Part shown: piece after piece, positions 36,601 to 43,494 of the stretch
How the letters are laid out: every line of letters starts with the position of its first letter
Numbering within the stretch: the stretch's first letter is position 1
From: Schmidtea polychroa
Lineage: Eukaryota
DNA: 64,000 bases
Reading direction: 5' to 3'
NCBI GenBank assembly: GCA_044892525.1
Contig: CM097886.1
Coordinates: 44,516,001 to 44,580,000 of the forward strand
The notes under the pieces: model-generated
The model's database searches: none
Seen by the model: the letters and a program-made list of their open reading frames with translations, nothing else
Told to the model about the DNA's origin: nothing
Made by a program: the position numbers and the translations under genes

Positions 36601-37132
36601 TTGTCAAAGCCGAGATTTTCATATTTTGATACTGTTTACAGCTAATAAGTGGATGGGTAGCTTCACATGATATACAATTAAACATTGAACATATTGTACA
36701 TTCAAATTGAATTTCTTTCGCTGTATAAAAAACTATGTTATCACAATTAGTTAATAGGCACTTGTAAATTTGTTCTATTTTCGAAAAGCTTTTTAATTCA
36801 TAATCATAAATTCTATTATTTGGTAGAGCCTTGAGAAAATTAAGATTTTATAAAAAGATTTAAATAAAAACAAACCTTTCTAATGATAGCGTCATTAATA
36901 TTTGTATTGCAATCATTAATTGGACAACGAATTTTCGAATCTAAATTCGAATCAATATAATTCGCTAAACAACTCCTTTAATGAAATTAATTAGAAAATT
37001 ATTCAAAAATTATTAACAACCAACCAGCAAATTATGTGACCACACTTTAAAATTTCAACTTCAATTCTTTCTAAATCAGAAGACTGACAAAATTTACATT
37101 TAATACTATTATCAGACATTGATGCACAAATC
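7602..37132 (-). CDS. RBCK1: HOIL-1/RBCK1-like RBR E3 ubiquitin ligase, paralogue 1 (gene span, 8 coding exons, about 423 aa from ATG at 37119), with duplicated RING1-IBR module
   Basis: Exons 37132-37025, 36975-36876, 36829-36566, 36531-36332, 33625-33526, 14305-14033, 13990-13847 and 7697-7602 join in frame through GT-AG introns of matching phase. HOIL-1 signatures: FHCKTPDC, GCNWIKC, RWGP, GDISGGCRC..PCHPTC. Confidence 0.9.
8032..8094 (+). repeat. 21-bp tandem repeat x3
   Basis: taaatcatttattcaatattc at 8032, 8053 and 8074 (last copy diverged). Confidence 0.9.
8248..8362 (+). repeat. 5' LTR (AGTTA...TAACT)
   Basis: Identical by eye to 12698-12812; 5-bp terminal inverted repeat. Confidence 0.97.
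8333..9580 (+). CDS. gag: Gag (two CCHC zinc knuckles); first ATG lies inside the 5' LTR
   Basis: Open frame from ATG 8333; RKFDG..WL capsid-like N-terminus; CFCCGEKGHRRFEC and CLICGKEGHGFRDC. Confidence 0.92.
   Translation: MNLEVEDIITGDHAKEINAIGKKKGTKNMLDSLSKQAREMLNFNVRKFDGKVGSEAELWLKDIMEWLRIEDQSLVDALDLLLTDAASMLWEAAKIAKMTDEMAKEWFMETFTVRKTITNKIVELAQIQQERDERFQVFEIRVRSLVKSVFSSGMSDEQIVRDIISNRAKDDRVKEIFLSGKVTSFEDARDMAKIQEKIEMTNDNKFNIDAIRRDSYASVMKNGKFEGRRDQRTIVKTTAHQRDEHREINHERNRPGNGRFVPIVNEDKNENERYRGRYETVEPERRIPTVSLKDIARRLFNDSKGRDSPHPVKLTPGQCFCCGEKGHRRFECPMKDKCLICGKEGHGFRDCFLLKNRNGYQKRVACIYEEDHERNNGDLTEDLYSNYEETIKKSMDKPKNKDDPIAFISSVGSTQ
8362..8374 (+). promoter_or_regulatory. Primer-binding site, probably tRNA-Arg; overlaps the LTR by 1 nt
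   Basis: TGGCGACCACGCC directly at the LTR end. TGGCGACC(A/G) PBSs are complementary to the tRNA-Arg 3' end, as in 412/mdg1-type elements. Confidence 0.7.
9523..12687 (+). CDS. pol: Pol polyprotein (protease, RT, RNase H, integrase), in the -1 frame
   Basis: LWDSGAS; MCVDYRGLN; YLDDILVY; LDTDAS..ELLA..TDH; H-x4-H..CEIC; IDIAH, SDRG, VERTIRT; YEGPF. Confidence 0.97.
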   Translation, partial: TKKQGRSHCFHFVSGVDTIISRKKRNEDMMQKMYETTDRRKWSKIVINMTAIDMLWDSGASVSVMSEKSWTKIGKPRLKQSTISLCGVFSTGMERPLGAMTIEADWNGKKRIINVIVVKDIRPDFIGGVDTMERFGIQLVEVDNIEASQVGRTYVDSQREEKALLMLGDRKNEQLDILLRKFKGIFMASTFDLGFTKVVQHEMNIVGGPVMLQPRRQPMHLEQKLDELVTNLLEARVIRKCKSAWNAPLVIVAKKDGSIRMCVDYRGLNAITEKISFPMPDTRFLLDCLADSKYFTSIDLGQAYYQVGMAKEIQEVTAFSTRQGQFCFNRLPFGLATAPATFQRMMHSMLDGILFKGVVVYLDDILVYGKDIEEHNNRLEEVFRRIQLAGLRINPEKCNLYKEELTFLGHTVSASGIKTNDKKIKEIQDAEIPVCAKQLRSFLGMTNYYRKFIKDYAKIAEPLHAATSGCEKKINWSEDCNNSFELLKTKLCEAPILDYPRMDRNFILDTDASFGAIGAVLCQAKEDGTEVVIAYGSRHLTAHEKGYCVTRKELLAIHEYVMYFKQYLYGKSFVVRTDHKALVFMRYTKKPISPQFQTWLANLSGYDFDLQYRKGEEHGNADGISRIKGMLCAQCQTRHEDAKEEKARVRHISSLQKTESMTILLEKQQDDVDFIHMTRVLQGEEKKDDLNKKKFPFNLHNNIKLEDGFLLLEKNGKDVILVPIDYSNTLVKGIHTEMCHIGVKKLISYMSNIFFWPNMQETIQNCLRVCEICCRRKIVQEKTKERLLPIISSEFLEQLVIDIAHMKNGGVYKYMLVIIDRFSKMDRLTALERQDERSIFKAILEKWIYRFGKPRNCLSDRGKNFDSGFMKTNLGRLVITQQFSSPYQHQSNGLVERTIRTVRDLLATSLAGGLGERNWAELLPRVEFCINVTQQSATGFSPFEIVFGRKINLHSTLPQTTLDTVEIHRLVRENSEKAAKRMKEMETAKRTNRCFTVGEKVLVRKEPQNRDKDGLQYEGPFVISKFLSEHQVELSDGTTKKLRRIEWLKRWAVP
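9526..9604 (+). promoter_or_regulatory. -1 programmed ribosomal frameshift signal (A_AAA_AAC plus H-type pseudoknot)
   Basis: Heptamer 9526-9532 in gag phase; pol frame opens at 9523; stem 1 9539-9547/9562-9570; stem 2 9550-9559/9595-9604. Confidence 0.8.
12686..12697 (+). promoter_or_regulatory. Polypurine tract
   Basis: AAAGAAGGGGAG immediately 5' of the 3' LTR. Confidence 0.9.
12698..12812 (+). repeat. 3' LTR
   Basis: Identical to the 5' LTR; followed by TSD ATCAT. Confidence 0.97.
12975..13355 (-). pseudogene. IS630/Tc1-superfamily transposase C-terminal fragment
   Basis: Manual translation gives LVTDNVRFHHS and, after a disruption, YLPPYSPGLNRIENIFS (D34E-type motifs). Confidence 0.75.
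13847..13990 (-). CDS. RBCK1: Paralogue 1 exon 7 (RING2 with catalytic Cys)
   Basis: ttctag|AAA...AAA|gtaatt; KEIKDGKCMKCTTCGCLIKKAGGCNWIKCPQCKLELCWILKIPRWGPK; 144 nt. Confidence 0.93.
14033..14305 (-). CDS. RBCK1: Paralogue 1 exon 6 (IBR #2)
   Basis: acaag|ATT...GAA|gtaaat; FHCKTPDC..CPIC..NCIMC..H..TC; 273 nt. Confidence 0.93.
15141..15279 (-). mobile_element. hAT-type terminal fragment (TA(T/G)GCTTGCCAG end); inverted partner at 29501-29642
   Basis: About 140 bp near-identical to the reverse complement of 29501-29642. Confidence 0.75.
16474..17851 (-). other. GC-elevated island with three short ORF remnants (one ending in an AT-hook, one coiled-coil-like)
   Basis: 17851-17504 reads through one TAG to ...APPRKRGRPRKHPL*; about 17230-16850 is Q/R/E-rich and helical; 16707-16474 is a third ORF. 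Confidence 0.4.
24400..25435 (-). mobile_element. Long LTR remnant beginning TGTTGGGG after a PPT (left boundary approximate)
   Basis: Minus strand AAAGGGGAGATA|TGTTGGGGTTAGTGC at 25435; its first about 72 bp recur at 28302-28374. Confidence 0.6.
25662..25736 (+). repeat. (AAT)25 microsatellite
   Basis: Perfect trinucleotide run. Confidence 0.98.
26578..28215 (+). mobile_element. Buster/Charlie-type hAT transposon (GTF2IRD2/SCAND3-like transposase pseudogene), 3'-truncated
   Basis: Left TIR CAGGGCTGTCCAACTGGCGGCCCGCG; KPFLNGELIK, SLSHQTVSR, FSVALDE, TTKGEDI, TDDATAM, HCIIHQEALC, LAFLTDI. Confidence 0.9.
28302..28374 (-). repeat. Second copy of the TGTTGGGG LTR 5' end
   Basis: Direct repeat of 25364-25435 with few mismatches. 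Confidence 0.85.
29501..29642 (+). mobile_element. hAT-type terminal fragment (TAGGCTTGCCAG)
   Basis: Inverted copy of 15141-15279. Confidence 0.75.
30850..31130 (+). pseudogene. Possible pogo/Tigger transposase fragment
   Basis: Degenerate Y..KEIFDADNT resembling the pogo IFNADET motif; multiple stops. Confidence 0.35.
31430..32149 (+). mobile_element. Chapaev3-like (CMC) DNA transposon 3' remnant
   Basis: LGCRM..KLHILHFHL..SEDLGAYSDEHKERFHQDVSEMERKYQG..MADYY; ends in ...GACCAGTG followed by TAA. Family assignment is from recalled motifs only. Confidence 0.55.
32549..32679. repeat. Imperfect foldback (about 40-bp arms)
   Basis: aaaagagctttgacactataaatcaataaatatatcgatat pairs with atatcgatatatttactgatttatagtctccaaactctttt. 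Confidence 0.8.
32800..32888 (+). mobile_element. pogo/Tigger-type terminal remnant
   Basis: ...ccgataaacggggttttaatg|ta resembles a Tigger TIR end with TA TSD. Confidence 0.45.
33526..33625 (-). CDS. RBCK1: Paralogue 1 exon 5 (RING1 #2, C-half)
   Basis: tatag|A AAT TGC...GAG|gtgaga; (R)NCLNDNIKNSVNIPVQCLHGNCNSKIQDREIRE; 100 nt, phase 2 to 0. Confidence 0.9.
33631..33680. repeat. (AT)25 microsatellite abutting the exon 5 acceptor
   Basis: Perfect dinucleotide run ending a few nt from the AG at 33627-33626. Confidence 0.98.
34548..35651 (+). mobile_element. Composite Charlie-type hAT MITE with duplicated left end enclosing a MULE transposase 3' fragment
   Basis: Left ends at 34548 and 35157 (.A.GGGTGGGGA.CCTTTTTATTTCC...TTGAAATTTGTCGCCTCCA); right end GGTTCCCCATTCCTG; TSD GGATAGAG / GTATAGAG; internal STDNVLERFSRTIK and SWIM-like CSC-x7-CNH, RKRKGRP. 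Confidence 0.7.
36332..36531 (-). CDS. RBCK1: Paralogue 1 exon 4 (linker plus RING1 #2 N-half)
   Basis: ttaaag|ATA...TGC AG|gtgagg; ILPNDETFTCLIC..VKLRNCCHVFCR; 200 nt. Confidence 0.92.
36566..36829 (-). CDS. RBCK1: Paralogue 1 exon 3 (IBR #1)
   Basis: ctcaag|GCT...GAT|gtaaac; YKCLLTNC..FECTIC..NCISC..H..SC; 264 nt; not in the ORF track. Confidence 0.88.
36876..36975 (-). CDS. RBCK1: Paralogue 1 exon 2 (RING1 #1 C-half)
   Basis: ttaaag|G AGT TGT...AAG|gtttgt; SCLANYIDSNLDSKIRCPINDCNTNINDAIIRK; 100 nt. Confidence 0.88.
37025..37132 (-). CDS. RBCK1: Paralogue 1 exon 1 (RING1 #1 N-half); candidate ATG at 37119, further upstream exons not excluded
   Basis: tatag|G ATT...TGC TG|gttggt; MSDNSIKCKFCQSSDLERIEVEILKCGHIICW. 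Confidence 0.82.
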
Positions 37133-37440
37133 CTATATAATAATTAGTAAAATTACAAAATCAGATATAGGATCCAATTCAAATTAAGCAAACGGTGAAT
37201 CTAAATATTAAAACGAACAATGAAATATCAAAGTCTGTGAATTTTCTAAATGTAAATTATTTATGTAAAATTGACTTTATTTTCATAATTAAAACTTAAA
37301 TTTGGTCATCAAATAAATTTTGGACTTCGATTCACAATATAACTAATTGTGATAAATTAAATAAAATAAAAATTTATTGTAATAATCTTGCCAGTGGAAT
37401 AGAATTTTAAATTGTATGTCTCATTTTTCGTTATTTAGGT

Positions 37441-37850
37441 GAACTGTACAAGCTAGCCATCAATAAAAGGGTTGAGATCTATGATGCATTAACAAATATT
37501 CAGCAAAAGATCATGAAGATGGAATTAATTTTGGAAGTTCAGAAATTGGCTAAAATTTTGCCGTTATTTTAGAAGGTCCGGCATTTGTGGTCTATAAGAA
37601 TTTGGATCTTATCAACAGAAGGAATACAGAAGTGCAATAAAACCAGCCCTCTATGATGCATTTGCGATGAACAAAAATCAGGCTTAAAAGTTATCGATAG
37701 CAAGAAAATGGCAGAATTTGTCCGATGTTCGAAACTTAACCGTTTTAGATGGATTTAGGAAAGTCTCATGTTGAAATGTGCCTTTATTATAGGACTACCT
37801 CATGATATTTCTTATCAGTTAAGAGGCAAGAGGAGAATTGAATCGATGTC
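37441..37850 (+). pseudogene. Degenerate LTR-retrotransposon gag remnant
   Basis: Broken frames contain LEGPAFVVYK, ALYDAFA and LKCAFIIGLP..ISYQLR, typical of Gypsy gag N-terminal domains. Confidence 0.5.
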
Positions 37851-38517
37851 ATTTGTTGTACTTCAAGTACTTCAGAAGTTGTACTTCAAACCAACGATTT
37901 TGTAAGAGACTTACTAAAAAGTGTTTGGCTTTATCCAGGGAAGTTTCACAAGAAGAAGACGAATTCATATGAAAAGCAACAAATTGAGGGCATTTTAAAC
38001 AAGTATGAACGGAGCATATATTCAATTCCTTTACAACAAAAATCGCTCGAAAATGTTACAGCTGCGGAAAGACAGGACATATTTATAAATTTTGTTAGGT
38101 GAATGAACAGGGAAATCAAAAAGAGGAATTATTTGCACTGACGGTTCCTCAATAATGGTGAAAATGGTGTGTAACATGGTTGTCGAAAAAATGTGTAATT
38201 TTGATATCCGATCTATGAAGTGTAGTATCAAAAACACGAAATTGAGGCTGTTGATAGGCAGATAATACGATACAGTGGTGAGACACAAGTTATAATTGGC
38301 ATAAGAGAGTTATAATATGAGATAAGATCATTGTTAATGGATAAAATGTTTTAGAGGTTAGTGAGATAAATTACTGCTTCACTCCTCGTAAGTCAAAGTA
38401 TGTTTTATTTTGCTATTTTGAGCGTGTTGTGGTGGATGTGTGCGGGAAAAATATATCTCGTTTAAAAACAAACAAAGAAAAATCAAAATGTTTGACTCTA
38501 TAATATCATAACTAGTA

Positions 38518-41073
38518 CAGTCGCGCAGCCAGGGGGAAAATCCCCCCACCGAAAGAAATAGTAGGAAATTTTTTGATTTCGATCTGAACGTAATTATTTT
38601 AAAATTTAATCAATGAAATTTTATTTCATTTGTTTTAATTGAGTAACGATCAAAATATTTTTCAATTTTTCAAAATTTTCGAACAAGTTTGAAATTTTTT
38701 GAAATTATGACTTCTTCCATCAAAAACTTTAATTTTTTACACTGGTTTTTAGATAAAAATTCAATAATAATTTAAAGTAAGTATCTAGTTTAATTATAAT
38801 TTACTTATTTCGATTCATAAAGTTTTTTGCTTTTGTTAGGTTCGATGGGTATGTATTCGAACTAACACAAAAAACGTCTTATCTGACTCCAAATAATTTA
38901 AAATGCGTGTAGGTAAATAAAATAACGAATATGATTTAAATATTTATTAACAATAAATAATTTGTTACACAATTGTTTATATTACACAATTAATCACGCT
39001 GCTTTCTAAAGAACAGAAAACGGTTATACAAACCGCCCTAAAGAGTATTACTAAGAATCAAGGCTGGCCCTAAATGCGCCAACAGCCCGATATAGGTGAA
39101 CGGAAAAGAGATAGGGAAGTTTACCAAATTTTAACGCGATAGTGTTAACCAAGAAAATGGTTAACACTTTATATTTTGTTTGAAACGAAACAGCTACAAA
39201 AAAATATGTGCTGACGTTGCAATCCCCTTTAATATTAATTTAAATAAATGAATGTATATATTTCAAAGCAAAATTACTAACTAATTAGAAATCCAAAAGA
39301 GATAAAACCACAGATGGGTTATTCGAGCTTAATTTCTTGTGGATAGAATTTAGATTATTGCTCCAAAAGAGATTGGAGATGAGTTCTTGGAACTTTGAAT
39401 AAATAATACCAAATCCCAAATTGTTAAAATTAATTTTCGATCAATAAATAATAAGTGTGAAATTCTAAATGTCTACTGTAAAATTTGCAATAAGATATGA
39501 GATGTGAAATTGCAAAATTAGTTTCGATAAATGTCAATTGACACAAATTTGTTTCTAATTATATCGATTTCTTCTTCAATAAATTAACTACTGCGTCTCA
39601 AATGTTTCTTTCTGTTCTTCATGTCTTAACTTTCTCCGTCCCCCTTCAATAGAATTTTACTGGTATTTATATAAATTTTTTTATTTTAAATCTATTAATA
39701 GTAATTATTTAATTACTATTTTTATTATATATTTTTAAACAATTACTATTTTTGTTACGAATCTATTTTTAGTAATTATTTATTACTATTTATATTTTAA
39801 TTCCAATTTTAGTAATTTTTAAATACTATTTATATTTTAATCCTAATTTTAGTAATTAATTATTATTTAATTCCAAAACTTTTGATTCCGGTTCCTACTG
39901 AACCCCAACACTTTAACTTCTAGCCATGAATGATCGTCACCAGTCTTCCATATCAAATTATTTTGCAAAAGTTCAAAAATGTGATGACGAACACAACAAT
40001 TTAAATAATTGGATGGATCTTGAAAGCGCTGGATTGAACGTCATGAAGCCATCACCACATTCTTTGAACTATTTGAGCCAACTGTTGATGTATTGAATGA
40101 AATGATAGGATGGCAAAACAATGAAGATTCAATGAAGGCTCATGGATTTTTAAACACTACAATGACATTCGACTTAATAATAAAACAAAATTTATGTTTT
40201 GCTACACTTGGCCATTTTTTTTCTTTTCCTTCAGACAACATCAATGGATTATAGTAAAGCAATATCTTCGGCAAATAATGTGATCAATACTTTGGATACG
40301 ATAAACCAAAATAGCTAAGAACATATCAAGGAACTAATGATGGAAGCTTCCGGTATTGCATTGCGTTATGAATTAGAAATTTCTCTTCCTAAAAATAGTG
40401 GACGGCCAAGAAATGAAGGAGAATACGAAAGACTAGAAGAATATTATGAAACTTTCCTTTTTATGCCGCTGATAAATTCGATGGTTATAGAATTGAAGGA
40501 AATATTTCATGAGAATTCAGTTTTAGCAAGCTTTAAACATATAATATTTATTCCCAACTGGAAATTAAGTGAAAATGTCCATAAAAATCTCAAAGATCTC
40601 TTCAACGTCTACTCAATATATATATAAATGGATCACTTAAAAAAATTTTAGCAGAAATCGAAATGTGGCAAAAAAAGCTGGAAAATTTATTTGAAAAGCC
40701 AAAAACGGCAATAGATCATCTTAAAGTTTGTTCATCTGATATGTTTCCGAATATTTTTACGTTCTTAAAAATCTTTAATGTAATACCTGTCACAACAGCT
40801 GATATTGAACGTTCATTCAGCAAAATGAAACAATTCAAAATCGATGATAGAAATACAACTGGCGAAGAACCATTAAACGGATTGATATTTTTAAGCATAC
40901 ATCGTGATATTGAAGTAACTTTTGATGAATTTATGATTAAGTTTCGTGATAGAAAACGACGATTAGACGTTTAAACACCAATTTCAATAAAATTAAATAA
41001 AGAACCTCTATTTTTTGACACAAAAAGTTTTTAAAATATAACTCCCCCCTTCAAAATTCCTGGCTACGCCCTG
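38518..41073 (+). mobile_element. Decayed hAT (Tip100 / ZMYM1-P52rIPK-like) element with internal insertions
   Basis: Ends CAGTCGCGCAGCCAG / CTGGCTACGCCCTG; flanks AACTAGTA / ACATAGTA; dimerisation domain MFPNIFTFLKIFNVIPVTTADIERSFSKMK..LNGLIFLSIHRDI (40663-40974). Confidence 0.82.
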
Positions 41074-41789
41074 ACATAGTACAAGCAATTAAAGTTATTA
41101 CCCTTTCAACAATTTTCAGGCTTTACATTTTTTCATAACTTTGCTTTACAAATTGAATTCCCAGGTTGAATTTTAAAAATTTGGTTAAAAACTTTGATAT
41201 TTTTTGTGAGTGAAATGACTGGCGGTTGGGTCTTTTACCCTGAAGCCCATATGGATTATATACTCACTACTTGGAGCCTCGGAAAATTCATAGAAAATAA
41301 TTCTTGGAAAATTCTCGGACATGTAAAATTTATAGACTTGGAATTTGGGAATTCTTGGTATTTTTGTGAACCTTGTAATAAAGTGAAACATGTAAAATAA
41401 AAAGTGAAAATAAAAATCGAGATAAATAATCATTATAAATTTCCAAAAATTCTTTTCTTGTATAATTATTATTAAATCATTTCTATGGGGAAGCGTTTTT
41501 ATTAAATTAGATAAAATACATCTTTTATCATCATAGTTTTCCAAAGAAAATTTGTATGATTTTTGTAATAACATGTCATGATTTTTAGAATTTAAAATAT
41601 TTCGGTTTTAAGCAATTTAAATAATCTTGATAAAATATTTTCTTGCTTACACATTTTTTATTCCTTTATGTCTATTCTCTTCTCTTTTAAAACATTTGAG
41701 AGAATATTGTTTTGCTCAAATAATAGCAAAATCCATTATGGGATTATTGGGTTTTTCATCTTTAAAAGTTAAAAGTACTAAAGTTTATT

Positions 41790-43260
41790 AATTAAAAATG
41801 AATCAGCATAATAAATATGCCAGGCCAAATACAGTAGGCGAGCTATAATCTTCATTTAAGCCTTTTTAGGGATACGGGCATAATCATCCATTTTCTTTTA
41901 ACTTGTGCTATTGATAGAAGCCCCGATTATTTTCATATGTTTTTCTAGAGCCTTTAATCACTCTGTCTATCATTTTGTTCTTTATGGGCATGTACTCTTC
42001 ATATCTGAATCCGAGTTTTCTAAATATATCGTTATTGCGTTTGTCCCATGTTCCGAGGGAGCATACCACGAATGTTTCTACTGTTGTGTATGTGTTTGTT
42101 GCTTCTTGGATGTCTTGTGCCAATTTTCTGTATTTGTTCTGGTTTTTTGTTCTTGATGCATTTATGGTTGGATATTCATCAAATAAGCATTTTACATCTA
42201 TTATCATGATGTAATCCTTTAGTCTGGCTACAATGTCTGGTTTTAACATTTCCTTTGCTTCTTTTGGTTTTTTCTTTATTTCAAAGCTGATTCCTTTGTT
42301 TCTTAGTATTTCTTCCCGTGCTTTTTGCATTTCATTGTGCTTGTTGGTCCTCATCCGGGCTCCTATCACACACATGTTAAGGACGTGTATAGATGACTCG
42401 TGAGAATTTTCACAGTTTCTGTACTTTGTGCTGCCCAATCTGCCTCCCTGGTTAGACTGTTTCATGTTTATGTCTAACATGTTGGCTCGAGCCTTAATTA
42501 TGAATCTCCATTCGTAGTCTTTCAGGTTTTCGGCATTTTCCATTCTGTGTATTCGGACTGCGGAAATCTAAGAATATGGCCTTGGCAATTGGCTTGTGTC
42601 CATTTTTGAAAGTATGACTCACGAATCATCCAGTGTAGTTTTTTCGAGGCTTCATCTAGAAAGGGTGGAAAATATTCTTCGGGTTTTTCTTGTGAATTGC
42701 ATTTCAAATTGCATCCTGTACCTATATTTCTCATTAGAAAGGTTATCTTTATATCGTGGTCCTTGTGCAGCTGTGTGATTGCGTTTTTGATTCTATCAAG
42801 TCAGGATCTTTTGGCTGAGCTTGATCTTTTATGTGCATATGTTCCATCCAACAATTTTAGTGCTTCTGGTATTGAATTGATAGGAGTTTCAGTTCTTGTT
42901 TCGGCTACATCGATCAGTTCTTCTGTTATAATTTTTACTTTAGCCGTGTGGTTGCTGTTTATTAGTTTTAGGAATCTTGCTATTGTTTGTATCATCTGCT
43001 CTTCCACGATTTTGGTTATGCCTATTCCTACTTTTTCTGTAGGGGAGTAGAAGATGGCATCCATTAGTGGGCTCTTCTGTTGCAGATCCAGCACCTCTTT
43101 ATCTTTTATCATCATTCTTATTTTATCATCGAATTTTTCTGCTTGTGTTTTTGATATCTCGTCAGCTTGCAAGATGAATATGAATTTCGAGTGACAGAAG
43201 GTGTTGTAGGCTTCTATCTTTTGTTGAGCTCTTAGGAGTGATTTGAAAATGCTTATTGTT
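41790..43260 (-). mobile_element. Second REL-type (NeSL-like) non-LTR retrotransposon, 5'-truncated and frameshifted
   Basis: Thumb-region remnants, then WRFIIKARAN, YRNCENSHESSIHVLNMC, RTNKHN, KPDIVA..IIDVKC, VVCSLGTWD; short 3' UTR below 41908. Confidence 0.88.
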
Positions 43261-43494
43261 TTGTTTCACCACTAGTATTTATTAATGATTTTAATTTTTG
43301 AGTTTTTCTTTATTTGCCAGATTTTCTTTTAATACTATCTGGATAACCAAAATCGACTTCCAAAAAATATTCTATGTCAGAATCATCAACAGTTTATATT
43401 ACTTCCAAAGGTTTATCATGAATACGTTCTATCCAATGAGAATATGGAAGATATTGATGCATTATTCCAGAATATAATGCTATTGCATATATAT

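Noticed and set aside
3231-37132. Functional link between the TE-borne Ubl protease-like domain and the neighbouring ubiquitin ligases
   Set aside because: The adjacency is most simply a chance TE insertion; nothing in the sequence couples them
37157-37200. Possible extra upstream micro-exon of paralogue 1 separated by a 24-nt intron
   Set aside because: The translation (IHRLLNLNWILYLI) has no HOIL-1 similarity and is equally explained as 5' UTR or intron; it cannot be supported
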